From the NCBI GenBank assembly GCA_030704615.1, contig CM060731.1, positions 23,994,001-24,058,000 on the forward strand: a stretch of DNA of 64,000 nt. Reading direction: 5' to 3'. Positions 15,301 to 30,039 of the stretch are shown in pieces. A program made the position numbers and the translations under genes. Source of the stretch: Takakia lepidozioides (Eukaryota > Plantae > Bryophyta). Position 1 is the stretch's first letter. Each line of letters begins with the position of its first letter. Below the pieces are notes generated by a model. That model did not search any database. It saw only the letters and a list, made by a program, of their open reading frames with translations, and was not told the origin of the DNA.

Positions 15301-17999
15301 GTGGCCAGCCTGAGTCCTAATTGTAAAGAATTAGCAGCAAATACACGTTCCAAGCTTCAGTCTCTCATCATAGACATCCTCCACATCCTTGAGACTGTCT
15401 GATGGGAGAGAGAGTAACACTGACCAAAACGAGACCATCACCCATCTGGAATACATCAACGCTAGACCTCTCATAGTACTGAGTGGAGGTGAAAAGAGAC
15501 CTTTCCGCAAGGCTGCATAAAGTGCGTCAGTTTTTGGGTCGACAGTACCACCCAAGTAGTCATGTAGGGGCATGAACAGGCAGAAGTTGGAATTTAGTTC
15601 AGTGTGGTGGAGAGAATGATACCTGTCCACCATAGCCAGCACACATAGCTATCAATGTAAAGCAGACAATTTCTAGCATACCTGACCAGGAGTAAGTGCA
15701 GCACTACACCTCAAAATTTTAAATCAACCTACATTATGACCTCAAAGTGGAAGCTCACTTCACCAGCACTTGCAGCAAAATTCTTAGGTGTACATGCCTC
15801 AGATTTCCAATGTGCTAACAGAGAACAAAACCACAGAAATCATAAACCTTTCCACTTCTACATGGTTCTTTCCATAGACCATGCTAGGGCACTTGGAAGG
15901 CTTACGATGGGGTGTAAAGCAGATACTTTGTAAATGGGAAGTATTTGAAGACCCATTGAGGAACAACCTCGCAATTGCAGTGGCCCAAGCACTTCAGGAA
16001 GTCAACGACCAGCAAGTACGAGTAGATCATGCCCATAGAGGCACCCCCCATAATGGCAGTGCCCACAAGAGCCAGGCAGAAAAGACCTGACTGTAGAATC
16101 TGCTCCAGCATAGTTGTGATACTCCCTGAGATTCAATCCCACACCCAGTTTAAGAGGAGTTTCTGACGCCACTCTAAAAATTCTCCACTGATAGGCGCTC
16201 AAGGGAAACTTGTAAACTTATGATTCAGTTATCCAATGACCAACAGTGTTGTAGATAGCCATATTCTTTCCGCTGTAGCATTTAATTTTTTCTTATGCAC
16301 TCACATACGAGAGACTGAAGTATTGAAGTCGGTCCAAATGCCTGGAGAACGTCTAGGGGGTCTCTACATTGTGCCAACGCAACTCTATTGAGATCCTCTT
16401 TCAAAAGAGGTGCTCATGGTGGAGATGCCTTCCAGCCCTCCGGCTGATGAGATAGGCTCATCGGAAAGCGTCCTCACCATTGCTGAGGCAGTGTGCACAT
16501 GCCTTGGCTTCCATTCCTTCAGATGAGAAGGCATACGGAAGTCACTGCAAGTGCATCTGAACAAGTGCGCCCACAATGATTATCAGCTGGAAAATCTTGC
16601 GAAAGCATTGCAGTCGGTTTGCTCCGCAAGATCTACCATCTGCACTGATATGGTCAAGCTCGGCCTTACAAATTACTGCCTTCATGGAGGATAGCGAACC
16701 AACTGACTTGGGCAATGAGGTTGGATAGCTTCGTTAGATGGTCATATTAAAGGAAGAAATACCATCTCGCGAAAAAGAAACTTGACCACCTGGTGAATGT
16801 AAACATGCGCAGATGAAGGAATATTGCACGTGAGTAAATGAGACAGGCCCGCACTACGACATACAAGTATGGGAGGGTACACAGGATGGAAGAAACCTCA
16901 CCAGTACAAGGCTCGGGGACAACAGAGAGATGGTGATGAAAGTGGTACTTTTGGAAAAGAGTCTTGGTATGGAAAGCTCGGTGAGTCCAATAGTAGACAG
17001 ACTCTACAGCACCCCCATGTAGGAAGAAAAGAGTAACTAAACCCCGGAAGTTCCAGGCGGGCAAATTGCTGAATTGAGGAAGCCAACTGTGCGCAGCTGA
17101 CACCATTAGCAGCTGTACCATCATATGATTGTCTCTGCACCAATTCAACATATCACATTGGGCCTCGAACTCGTTGCTGATCTTGTACAACAGTGCAGTG
17201 TCACGAAAATAGATAGTAGGAGTCTACGATACAGATTCTATAGATCTCACTGTTAAGTATTATTACGTACGGGGCACATTACGCATAGAGGAGTAGAATT
17301 AAACACCACCAATCATACTCTTGACCTTTCTATGAGCCCGTGCAGCTCTCACGAAAGGAACTACAGCCTCACACATCCTAAACTTGCAGGCTCGATAGTG
17401 GTGACGGGGAGCCCCAGAGTGGAGCTGTAGAGAGAGATAGACAAGAGGAAATAGAGAAGCCAACACGCGGATGTCCGGCATCAGAGCGACACCATCAGCA
17501 TATCAGAGACAGGGTCGAGCCTGAGATGAAGAGAGAAGGAAACACTACGGCTAGCGAAGACATACGAATGAAATTCGCGGTCGACTTGCTCAAACTCAAT
17601 GGCAGAGGACGTTATTTGATGCCTTTTAACCACGCAGTGTAGACGGGAGTATGATATCCATAATTGCTGAAGGAGATATCGTAGGGATGTTAACAATATC
17701 ATGTGATAGCACCAGTTATCTACATCGTAGCCTCCATAATAAAAAGTGTGGAACGCCTTGGCAAGAAAGGGGGCAAAAACCACATACTGCAGCAAGCCAC
17801 CATAACGGAAGAGCATCAGAAGATGTAGCTGCAACAAGCATGTAATCACAAGACTGACTAGCCCGCATACGTTTGTGAGCTGGCAACCTTCCCAGACGCT
17901 TTTGCATCCCTGAAACCCTCGGAAGAAAATAACACTGACCTTCAAGTTACCAAGACGCTCCCAAGGCCACCCGAAAAGAGGGCCATGTTGGGCGACCAT
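12302..17999 (-). CDS. CER3: Very-long-chain aldehyde/alkane biosynthesis protein CER3/WAX2 (fatty-acid hydroxylase plus WAX2 C-terminal domain)
   Basis: Eleven GT-AG exons (17999-17940, 17786-17566, 17134-16902, 16125-15906, 15622-15501, 15188-14932, 14588-14481, 14269-14066, 13756-13646, 12942-12769, 12457-12302) total 1866 nt = 621 aa. Motifs: N-terminal [11 protein letters not shown]; His boxes HRAFH, YHFHHH, YHSLHH; NEALNGGG; [19 protein letters not shown]; C-terminal HACHAGG...HHEVG...[10 protein letters not shown]. Confidence 0.95.
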
Positions 18000-20900
18000 G
18001 ACTCGTCCTTCCAGCTGCAACAACCGCTCCACTGAAAATACAAGGTCGTTGCCCTCTGCTCTTAGAGGCCGTTAGACGACCTTTGACTGCTTTCTTTGCC
18101 TCCCAATGCTGCTTCCCTCGAAATGCTAACAATTATACACATAGAGAGTACTCAAAATGAAGTATGGGTGCTTCCTGCAACAGCAATCCATGGACTTGAG
18201 GGAGACAGAACTACCCACCTCTCCTACCATAAGTCACGCAGACTGCGGCCTTAACAAGGCTGGCTGGCACTGCTCACCCTCACAGCTAATTTCACTAGGA
18301 AACTGTCCCTCCAGGCACCTCTGCGCCTATCATGAACCCATTTTGTACTCGTCAGTTTCCTCTGTGCCTTCTTCAACGCGCCTCCAGGCCAATAATAGCG
18401 AGGCTGTTGGCAAGCAGCGTACCTCTCCGCATTCATCACCACGCCTCCATCGGCCCCCCTCCCGCCCAGCCACCTTACTCGCTTAACCCCTGCTCCCACA
18501 CGGGTGTCCCGGCCTTCAATTCTTGGCAAGATCACATGGCCTGCGTTATTACTCTACCCACCATTCCTCTTCTCACCCCATTTCCTCTCATTCCTGCAGC
18601 CTGCTGTACATGGGTTTCCACTTGTATTTCTCATACTAAGCTACCTCCATACTATTGTTCAGTGAGGCGGTTCATCACTAGGAAAACTGAAACCAGGCCC
18701 TTTTCTATATATATTTTTTGTTTGGTAGGGCTAGGGGATGGCCCATGGGGGACTTCAAAAGAACATATTGAGGTCCAGGAAAGTCCCAGGGTAAGAAATT
18801 TGCCAGTCCTGCAGCCCGCTCATAAATTTCCCCTGCCTGGTCAGGGTAGTCAACATATTTGCAAACCTTATTTTCTTTTGGCAGTGATTTGCAGGTTCAC
18901 AACTTGGACGGTGGTCTGACAGGCTTCCAAAACCCAAAAGAACAGAAAGTTAAAAAAAAGACAAATTTAAGACCAAAAAACCCATATCAACCTCCCCAGG
19001 ATGGAGAAATCCCAAGATCTTGTAACTATGTTTACTATTATGGGGGAAAATGCAGAAACCCATGTGACTGAAAAATTCTCTGAAGCGCCAGTTTCTGTTG
19101 CAAGTTGCAATCCATTTTGACCACAAGTTCATGTTGAATGAATTGGAAGGAAAAGAAAGTGTACGTATGATTGTGCATTCAAGGATGGCTTTGTGGATGG
19201 GACCCAACCTGCAGTGTCAGGAATACCTAACTTACTGCCCCACCCCCCACACACACACACCGTTCGGCAATGAATTGGGTTCTTTCAAATTGGGTTGTTT
19301 TGTTCACACTTTGTCGCATGAGAGCAGCCAAGTGAAGTAGGTAGGAAAATGTCTCACATGCTGAGAACAACGGCTGAGATTAAATGTCAGAGCCCCATAC
19401 TGGCATCTTGACCCCATGTGGCAACCCTCAACAATCAGCCCACAAAAAGTTGATGACAGCGACTCTGTATTTGCCGCCTGTCCTGTCGCCTTCAAGGCGG
19501 CTTTGTGTTATTATTATGCGCGATTGAGAGCGTTACCACATGAGCGGCAGTGAGCTCGAGTGACATGGAAGTCCCTGGCTAGGATTGTAGCACCTGTATG
19601 TTAAGGAGAGTAGGCCCATGTCAGCAAAAACAAACCAACGCTACCACATGAGCGGCAATGGGGCACGGGAACAGATCGTTGAGAAGCAAAAATGAATGAA
19701 CCAGATGAGGCAGATGAGGCAGATGAGGGCCACGGCGAGAAAGAGCAGATCGCGACAAAGCAGTTCCATAACTTTTCGGATTTCCAGGCAATAGTCCTTG
19801 GAAATCCTATTTTCACGAAGAGGCTCCACATAAGCACCACGTCATATGGCCTTCTCGATGCCTTTGGTAGCTGAGGGTGTCAGTTTACGAGCCATCAACC
19901 AATCAGCAGGCCTTCAGCAGCTTGCGGGACTTCCAGTGCCGCTCGTGTGGTAAGGCCCCGAGTCCTATGAGCTCCTAGAACGCAGCTTCCTCATGAGACT
20001 CTTGAGAGATGGAGTTTGTGGTGGACAAGAGACTGTTTCATGTTAGGAGTTAGGACTCGCCAGTCGCTTGTTTACCATTTTCAACAGTTCTTCAACTCGA
20101 ATTCAGAATTGTCCTCACTCATAGGAAAATCTGAATGTGGATGTCGCGTCTGTCCACTAAACGTTAAACAAACTTTTAACTGTCGCCACGACTGCAATAC
20201 CAGTTATTAGTTATTACTGTCACTGCTCCATTCGATCGCCCCAACATTCGTCTTGCCGCATAGCATACTGCACTGGTGACTGGCCTAGGATAATCGATCC
20301 AACAATCATTCAGCGAGCTGAAAAGTCAAGCGTGGGGACTTTGACGCGCACCCCATCGATCCCTCCTTCCTCGCTTCTTTCCTCCCTAATCAATGCTGCC
20401 AATGCATTGATGATACAGCAAGGCGTGAACCGAACTAGTACAAGCACTGGCACCGATAATAACTCCTTTCTCGAGACTCTGAAGCTTCCAACGAGAAGTG
20501 CCAGATAATTAATGGACCGCAAGTGTGGTTCCAAACAACTAAGAAATCAGAAGCTTTCAATGGCCTCATTTCCATTTCCAAGAGTTCCTATTTCAAAATG
20601 GGCCCTTCACTGTTCACATTGCAGGGTGTACGGGGGTTCCAAAGCTTCAATGGAAGCTTCATGCAAGATAAACAACCATCATTTATCTAGACTGCCTAAA
20701 TGATTTGTGATATCTATAGTTGGTATGTTACAAGTGAAGGCGAGACAAAAATTCTAGTACAAAAATATTATCATCGATTCTCGCCATTCAAATTACACCC
20801 ATTTCTCGCCTCTGTGGCAGAGGCTCTGTCGTCCAGGATCAGGTGTACTTCCTGCACATCTAATGCTCAACTGCTCATGTCGCGCACTGCTACGTAGGTC

Positions 20901-21252
20901 CTGCAAGCATGTTAAGTTATTATTCCATTGGAAGTTTGGAACTGCAATGCGCCTGTTGCAGCATCCATGAGGCTGAGTTATGTAGCTCACATCCGCAGCG
21001 CTCTGCTCTAACGCCTCAACAAAGTGAGTGCGATCATTACCTAGCCTTCAATGCCCAAGCCCTGCTGTGCAAAACTGCGAAGAACCTGAAACTCCAGCAG
21101 AGGAAAGGGCCATCGAACTTGCCTACCGTCTCCAAAGTACGATTCGATTACTTGCCCGATACGGAACACGCTCTGTCTGATGGGAGTTTAATACGGGAGA
21201 CTTCTACTTACCAGTGCGCTGGCCAGAGAAGAGAGAACACTCGAGTGGGGGA

Positions 21253-21641
21253 CGCTGTCAAATCCCCACCCCCTGTCCTGCCCTCCCCGCCCCTGCTATC
21301 AGTGGGCCATCTTTTGATTAAGAGTGAATTGTGGCCAAAACAAAGTAGAGGCCAGCACCTCATGGGATTGTGATTTGTTAGAAGTTAACAAATGCTTTTA
21401 GATGCTTTTAGATGCTTTAAAATGCTTTCCCCATCTTCTTTAAATTTGATTATCAGGCCTATGTCCCCCTTCGTTTTTTTTTGGTTTAAATGGGTCCCTG
21501 CTTCCATCTTCCCGTCCGACTCCTTTTGAAGCTTGACTCCCAACCCATAACATAATATGACCTCGAAAAGGGCTAGGGGGGAGGGGAGCGTGAAGGTGGG
21601 GAGGGCAACGCTGGACAGGACAGGGGGTGGGGATTTGACAG
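21253..21641. mobile_element. MITE / non-autonomous DNA transposon
   Basis: Terminal inverted repeats of ~28 bp: GCTGTCAAATCCCCACCCCCTGTCCTG at ~21254 and CAGGACAGGGGGTGGGGATTTGACAGC ending at ~21641. Confidence 0.65.
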
Positions 21642-22763
21642 CATGCTCGCCAGACCGTAACTTCCATCATATGTCTACTGTAGATTCCAAGTGGGAATTG
21701 GAGACCATAATGACTTAGTGGAGGATAAAAACAAAACCCATTAGTTTTTGGTTAAGTTACTATCTTATCGAAATTCCAAACATACAAGGTTTTCAGTTCT
21801 TTTTTGCGAGCACATTCTTCACCAGATAACCTTCCCAAAAAACATCAGAGTTTTCAGAGAAATTTTGCTTGTAGCTCCTTTCAGTAAGTGGGCTGGTATG
21901 ATGTCAGAAAATTTCAGGTGTAACTTTGCTGACAATTTGATGGGTTTTGAGGGGACATAGACCTGATATGACAATACAGTATATCTTCTCACTGTATTGT
22001 TTCTGCTCACAATAAATCACTGCCTACCATGTGGGAAACGTTTGGACTATGGACTATGGACCCCACATCCCTACCCACCCTTTGCTTGTCTAACCAGGGT
22101 TAGGTTCAGGGCAGCCCGGTAAAATTCCTACCAAAAAGTATTCTATTAAATTTTAAAAAGTGAATAAATTGTATTTCTAATCATTTCTCCTCATCATTTA
22201 CCCTGAAATAACCGTGGCTACGAGTTGACCTAGTTTTTTTTTTAATTATTATTTTTATTTTTTATTTTTTTTAAACTAGACATTTAGGATTTAGATTTGT
22301 TGACCAAATTCTTCTGTTGCAGTTATACGGTGATCAATGCAGTGATGTAGGACAGTTTGTTGACGAACTGGAACAGTGTTGCAGGTAAGTAGTACTTGAG
22401 TTGGTTGGTTGAGCTCTCTCTCCCTGCTGCCACATTCCCTGCTATTTTATTTATTCTTGGGTTGGAAAAAATAATTAAGAAGCGTGGAAAAAATACTGAG
22501 GCTACCTTCCTTTTTTTTCATTTTTTAAAGGGAAACACCAGGGAGTGCCCGCTCACAAATCAAGCCCCTTAATTACAGTGAGAGGAGAAGAAAATAAACC
22601 TTGCCAAGCAAGACTAATTAGAGACACCCAAGAGGGATTATACAACACCAGCCACAAGGTACCTTCCTTTGTTTGTTGGCCCTGCCTTCTGTGTTTGCTA
22701 GACACCGACGATAGATTTAACCTATATTAGACCTCATGTTCATATTATCTCTCCAAGTGGCCT

Positions 22764-22822
22764 GAAGCTGAGATGGTTAGTGCATCAGTCTCATCAACAC
22801 GAAGTTGTGAGTTCAAACCCTC
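22764..22822 (+). mobile_element. tRNA-Met-like SINE head or tRNA pseudogene
   Basis: GAAGCTGAGATGGTTAGTGC...TCTCAT...GAGTTCAAACC shows an A box, a CAT anticodon-like loop and a B box, but no acceptor stem. Confidence 0.4.
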
Positions 22823-25800
22823 CAAGAAGCCCTCTATTGTACATGCAGAGCTTCCAAAATAATTCAGTATAGAACTGTGGGTCTGGGGCTCAAACCCGTC
22901 ATCTGTGTCTCTCTGTGGGGCTGGGGCTCTAAGAATAGATCAAAAAGTACATAATGAAGTAAATGGTGTTATGATGTCCTTTAATCAGTGGAACGTCTCC
23001 CAATGGAATGCGGTGATTTCATGCGGTACAATAATTCTGTCATAACTGGGGTGGTCAGCGAAATGCATTATTGGTCAGAAGGTCAAACGAACGTGACCCA
23101 CACACAATCCATTCATCCCCGGGATGCAAGTTGCAACCCAGACAGGGAGGACCCAAACAGAAAGACTAAACAGTGAATGCATGCCCCTGTTTGTTGTAAG
23201 GACCAAGCAAAGGTAGCAGGGACAAAACTAGTCCCGGGCTTGAAGCTGGCAGAAGGATCTCTATGTATACTACACATAACAAACCCCAGATCCTTGCCCT
23301 CCTGAACTGCTCAGGAATTCGGAGAAGAATGATCGCTGAAGGAAGAACCTGCAAGCAGGAGACAGAGATAAGTTAACTCAGAACAGCGGAGAGTGAGGAC
23401 AACCAAAAGCATTGTACTGGAAGATGTACCGCTTACATATATATATACTCAAAAATAATGAAAATCAATTATGTATATATCTTTTGGTACTACCTTAACT
23501 CAATTCAACAAATTTGGGCCTACCCTGCAATTAAAAAAAACCAGGGCAGTGTCTCTACATGGCCTCCCACCAGGTTATTTTTTCCTGGGTTTGTTACCTT
23601 CCTATTTTCAATAAATTTAAGGGCCTCTGTCGGAGTCTGTCCGCCCTTTCCAAGAATAAAAGGAAAACTCCATATCTGCCATCGGATGGTAGCCATCCAA
23701 TAACCCTGTGTAAACTGACCGTACACATTCTGTTTGTAGTAGAAATTTTGACCTTAACAGAAATATACGGTGATGTGTCAGTTGGGAAAAGTCTTTTGCT
23801 ATGAGTGGCTAAAACTTTCTGGAATGATGGTTTTTTCTAGAATTTCCTCGTTTTGGAGGATAAAGTTCACCCTACTCCAGCTTCTCATCATCAGATGTCA
23901 TCCAGATTGGATGAAATATTGATCCTTAGGACCTTTTGTTGGTCAAAATCATGAAATGCATTTTGCTTCTATCTAGATTTTATTTTGGAGGGAGGATCTC
24001 TCAGTTGCCACCCTTCCCATTTCCAAGGGCGTCTTTAAAAGTGGGTCTCATCTGCCAAAACTTGCCTACACCCCCAGTTGGTGGTAAGTAGTAAGTACTG
24101 GGGTGCCACCGGCCAATTATGGCCACGTATGCTGCAGATTTGGGCAGCTTGGGCAGCCAGATGCTCCAGCCCCAGAAAAGCTGCTTTCAACTACTTACCT
24201 ACTTACTTCTAAAATTCATAACAAATCTCGACTAAGTTACCTTTTATCAGACCCACTTAGGAGTCCCAATAGGTTACTAATCTTGCTCTGTAAGAATTCG
24301 ATGAGGCCTTGTTAGTCCTTGTTCAGATGACCAAGAAAAGACAGTCACAGTTGTGCAAGGCGATGGACAGTAGTACCAGCTGGACTCATACTTAATTCCA
24401 TGGACTTAAAGTTACCTACCTCTTCAGTTTCTGACTCCGTTCATCACTGTGTTGAGCAGTAGGCTCTATAAATTCACTGGCCGTTAGAAAAACTTTGTTT
24501 TTACGGTTTTACTTAATTCTTACACTTCCTTGGCTACTTTGAACGGTCGTTTGGCTTTTTTCGTGAGAAGTTAGAAACCCATTTTCCTAAATATAAATGG
24601 GTTTGGATTCTTTGGAACATCATCCTACTCTTACTAGCAACATAAATTCTCAAAAAACAATTAGAAAAATAGAAAATTTACACTCTATCAATGCTAAACC
24701 CAACGCTTTCTTTTTTCCTCGCAGAACTCTTTTGCAAATGGGTTTATTGCCATAAAGGAGACAGGAGCCCTGTATGCAGGCCCCTGAGAATGGGCTTTTG
24801 TTTTGTGAATGGAACATGAGTTTTTTTTTTTGGGGTTGTGGAAGGGACAGGCCCGGAACATGGGTTTAAATTCCAATAAAGTTTTCAGAGACTCCGCCTC
24901 CCTTTCTTCAAAAGAAAAATAAATTATGAACTCATTTTCTGAGAAAACAAACCAATGATGATATTTTCCCCAGATAGAAAAAGCATGATAACAGAAAGCT
25001 CTGGTAGGTGGTAACTAACAGTGTCCCAATATTAGCTGAGTCACGACTCACAACTCACAAGTCCTTAAAAAGTCAGTGGGTTAGTTAGTAACGTGAGAAT
25101 TTCAGTGGTCTTTATGACCTTTAAGGCCTTGTCCACTTGTGTCAGGTAGCATTCAAAGCAAACCCACATGAAACCCACATTCTCATGAAACCCACATTCT
25201 CAGTAAGCGAGCTACAATTCATTAACGGTAACCTTTAAATAGATTTTTGAGATCAGGGAATGTGGTCCGGGGCTCAAAATATGCATAACTAAGTATTGAG
25301 GAGGCATGATTGGTCAGAATGAAATGGTTGCGATAGATGGGCCTACAATGATGCACCAAATTACTTGCCAGTTCAGCTTACTTTTCACCGAATACCTACC
25401 CCCCTCACTGATGCTGTTGCTGCATGTTTCTTGGATTATCATTCAACATGACCCCACACACTGGGATCCAAAACAGCTTTGGGTCTATAATATCAGGTCT
25501 GATTGGACATGAGAGACCATTCATATGCCTGCACACTGAGGACAGTTTGATGTGACACTTTGGGTTGTGTCCCCTCAATTTGTCACTTTATAAGCTCCAA
25601 GTGACATGTCAGTTGAATCCTAGTGTGAGGTGCCCAACTGAGCCTTTTGGAAGGAAGGCCTGACAAGATTGGGAGAGAGAGAAAAGGGAAAGGGAAGGAG
25701 ACCTTTTAATTTGCCAGTTTCCCTTGAAACATGTCATTGGTTATAAATACTGTATACCGAATGGACTAGGATGTGGTCAAATTTGCTTCCATGTGATGTG

Positions 25801-26999
25801 GTAGAAGGGGTCTTTCAACCTTTCAGGAAAAAAATAATAATACTCGCCCTAACCCCGAATACCACAACTGTTTGCTGCGGGCTGTCTGGTAGACCCTTTT
25901 CATTTATATGGCAACAGCAACCCAGAAGGGGGGGGTTTTGAGGTGGATTGTGGTCTAAAGAAGTCCTTAAACCCGAAAAGCCTAAGGCTGACTTTAAACC
26001 ACTATGGAAACAGGGAACCCGTTGTGATGTTCAGCTACAAATTGTGGTGCCCCTTATGGTCCGGGCAAGGTTTGTTTTCCCTTTCTCATCATTAAATTTG
26101 CGCCCCCTGGGTCCCTTTTTATTAAAATCTCCTTTCATATCAAAAACCAAATAATAATAATAATAATAATAATAACTCTAGACAGATTCGGCCTATAGCC
26201 TCAACTGCTCCAGACCTGCCCAACTGCAGGATTTTTTGTGTTTTTTTTGTTGTTTTTTCGCAGGTTTGATACTCACCATGGATAGCCAATGAGACTTGCC
26301 AAACATCCTCTCTTCTACTCCTCCAAACTTATGTAGCAAACCATATACTACAAAAATTTGTAGATCATCACCTGGGAATTTGAGTACTGCCAGGTAATGA
26401 AATGGAACATGTGTCACCAAATTTCGTATCAAAACTCCCAAAATTTGATGGGGTTCATTTGTAGCCTAAGCTCACTCTTCCTATGAATTTGCCTTTGTGA
26501 GAGCATTCAATGGACTCAATAGAATGGGCTTTTAGTGTATAGATTCCAAAGCCTCCACACCCATGCGCAGCGTGCTGTGTACTATCCTCCAATCGCATTA
26601 GCACCACATTACATTGCCGTCAACCATAATGACCGCCTCCAACACTCGTTTTGCATCCTCGTTGCTCAATGCACACAGCATTTACGACTGCATTGGCACA
26701 CATGACCACCAGATCGAGCAGCGTTCACACTAAAATCTATCACAACTCCAGCCTGAAAATATTACTTACCACAGACCTCTTCGCGTAAAGTCCAGCTTTC
26801 ACAATATGACCACAGACCAACTTCCTCTCTCTGTCAAGCTCACATACAATATTTATCAGGAGGGCAGCCTAAGTTGTCAATGGCATCTGGTACAATTCCA
26901 CCGTATTTTTAAGAAAAAAGGGGAACGGACTACGGAGGCCCTGTGATTCCACCTTTCAAAGTTGAAATCAGATGATCAATAGGCGTGATTTGTAGATTA

Positions 27000-27580
27000 G
27001 TGGGCATTCCCATCTAAGGTTCCCGAGAATCACACTGGATGCATGAGGTGCAGTAGCATTACAGAGACTGAAAGACATCATTTCATACTAATACATGTCA
27101 TATTTGCATGCTAAAGTCGTTTTCTCTTCCGACTCCTGATCTAGCTATCAAAAACACTTGCCAAAAGCCCGGTGCAAAATCTGATGAAGAGAAATTCATC
27201 ACCCTTAAGCTGATCCAGAGCTGACGAGGCAATGGCCGGTAGACATCATGTTTAATCATAGCATGAAGCCTGCGACAGTCAACACATAAACGAGTAGATT
27301 TGTCTTTCTTGACCACAAGTACAGTGTGAAAGTCCAGCCTAGGGAGATGATGGTTAATGATCAAAATCGCATCCAACATTTTCTTAATCTCTTGATGCAG
27401 CACGGGGGCTTTCTCTGTGATGACATATTGTCTCTTATGTTTATGTCATGCTTCAACACATCAAGCACCCATATTCCGAGCCCCCTAAAGATCTTTGAGT
27501 TGTGCTCTAGCTGGAGGGCATGCAACTTGTCACGTTGATAATCTGTTGGCAGTACCGTCTTGATATTTCCCAATCTCTGT
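27000..27580 (-). mobile_element. Degenerate Ty3/gypsy reverse-transcriptase fragment
   Basis: QEIKKMLD...VLVVKKDKSTRLCVDCRRLHAMIKHDVY.PLPR...DFAPGFWQV is typical of the gypsy RT N-terminus, with frameshifts. Confidence 0.8.
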
Positions 27581-28319
27581 TGACAGTGAAAATCTTGCTG
27601 TTACAACCTCAACAACGTAGCTGATGCACGTGATGATCCACCAACCCAATGTTATTGGAATGCAAGAAACATCCAGTGGCAGCCCTCTGGCATGGCACAA
27701 GGCAGCCTTACAAGTAGGGGGTTCAAAGCCACAAAGGTGTATGTTGGATGTTCACATATCTTTTCTTTCCTTTTCTATTCTTTGCTTTTTCGAAAAGGGA
27801 ACCATTGGAATTTTAGTGATAGGAAACAATAAACCTTCGCGGTGTACTTTAAAGGAAGTCACCAAACCAGAGACTCCGCGAAGGAGAGGTTGGGTAGGGT
27901 GAAGCGAATATTCAGGATACTCCCTAGATGCCTTTAGAATATTCTTAAGCGTAACTAAAATTGAGAAACAAAAAACTTTGCGAAACTATTTTTAACTGCT
28001 CACATAGGCCCAAGTAACCCCTATACACTATAACCATGTTACCCTATAAGCATGGGATTTCCTCACGCTGTGCTCACCCGGTATTAGGCCCTTTCCATGA
28101 TAGACTTGAGAAAAGGGTGCTGAGACTCCAAGAGACCTACTTAATTTTATTTTCTCAGAGTGAAATTAGAACTCTCACCCCCCCACACTCCTACTTAATT
28201 TTATTTTCTCAGCGAAATTAAAACTCTCACCCCCGAAACTCTTATTTAATTATTTCTCGGTGCGAAATTGAAAGATAGATCAAATAGTTTATCGTTTTGG
28301 TGCAACTGCACCCTATAAA

Positions 28320-29090
28320 TGCAGCTTCTCATTGTTTGATAATTGGGTCTTGAATGCGGGCACGTGCGGTTGTGGTGGGCCCACAGGTGGCGCCAGGTGG
28401 GGCGACCCTACCCGGCGGGGTCAGTTAGCTCGGGTGAGCCCCCTTGGGACGCGCGCAGGGGAAGCTCGGGTGAGCCCCTTGGGACGCGCGCAAGGGAAGC
28501 TAGAGGGGGAGTGAGTCTCTTGGGCCCACAAAACACCTGAAGATATGTAGATATATAATTATTTATTTCAACATTTTATAGAAAGTAGTAACTAGTGTGA
28601 TGATAAGGAGCAACTTGTGATGAATGTGAGTCTGCTGTTCAAATCTTGGCAGGTGACATTGTGGTGACATTGTGGTGGTAATGTGTGTTAATAATAAATA
28701 TATATTTTGTTTGAGGAGGGTCCGAAGGTTGGACTTAGGCGCTCGCCAGTTGGGGTCTGTCGCCAATCAGTCCGCTCGCCAGTCTGCCGGACTAAGTCAG
28801 TCCGCTCACCAATCGCCAGTATGCTCTCCAGTCCGCCGGTCAGTCCACTCGCCAGTCAGTCTGTTGGTCAGTCCGCTCGCCAATCCGCTGGTCAGTCCAC
28901 TCGCCAGTCTGTTGAGGGTTTGGCCAGTCTGCTAGAAGGTCCGCCACCGTTAAAGAACTGAGACTTAGAAAAATTCAGAATCTAGACCCGGTGAAAGGGG
29001 GGTGGGTTCATGAGCTCACCCCATGGGCCGTCATGGCCCATAGTTGCATTCAAGACCCAATTATTAGAAAATGAGAGGCATAAATGCACC
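28320..29090. mobile_element. Non-autonomous DNA transposon with inverted ends and internal GC-rich minisatellites
   Basis: CTCATT....ATAATTGGGTCTTGAATGC (28328-28357) is inverted relative to GCATTCAAGACCCAATTAT....AATGAG (29046-29075). Internal repeats: GCTCGGGTGAGCCCC(C)TTGGGACGCGCGCA x2 and CAGTCCGCTCGC-like tandem units (28740-28910). Confidence 0.55.
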
Positions 29091-30039
29091 GTGCCTCAAA
29101 ACATGTAACTCCTATGACCGCAGTTTAAAAAACATACAACCCCCATGACTGTGGGTTGTGCTCAGGGTGTGCTCACATGATACCAACCTCTGTGAAGGAT
29201 AGTGAAGTTGCGCAACTTCACTATCCATATCATCGAATTTACATTGTGTCATGACCACTACCCAGACAATCAATCCATAACCAACGTGAAAAATACGAAC
29301 CGCTTATTCTAGCCCTCCACTTATCCTAGCCCTCCGTCAACATGGATGGCACACTTCCCCATTCACTATTATTATTCCGGTTGCCATGGATGTGCCCATA
29401 GCCACAACATTAACCTTCTAGAGCAAAACCTAGAACTTCCCCACACCTCCACCACCACTTTCCTCCATACCCTCCATTTTATTGCTATCAAACCAATGCC
29501 CAAAAAACACAAGATTGAAAGTGGCAAACTGGTCCCCTCATAGGTATTTCTTGGCTCATAGAGGCCACCCCTGAAAGGGAGGAAGAGGCTCTTATTTACG
29601 TCAACTCCGGTTGGCATCCTCTCTTTCTCTCTCTCCCTCTCCGTCCACCTTCCGAATGGCAGGTAGTAGCCCTTTGGGATGAAATGATACAATAAATTAC
29701 AACTACTTGGGCTACAGTCTTCCTCTTTTAACAAATAACATGAAATACTTCCCTTTGTATAATTTACAGAAACATGGAAGGCTTGCTGTTCTCTCTTGTT
29801 GCTTGAGGTGCGATTTGAGTGCACACTATTTCAGATACACTCAACACTGTTTGAGGTGCAATGATGGCATTTCAGTTTCACAACCTCCTGATACATGGCA
29901 TCTGATTGGAAAGCAGTTCTTTGTGAAATATTTTAAGGGATGTATCTGTAATTGTGATCTCCACTGTCTTCACCTTCTAAAGATTTCCAGCTGCTTTTGC
30001 ATCACTCCTCTAATCTGATGTAATATACAAAGGACCTTC

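Noticed and set aside
18157-21373. ORFs upstream of CER3 (e.g. 18332-18919, 20909-21373)
   Set aside because: No family motifs or splice structure; likely promoter and decayed repeat sequence.
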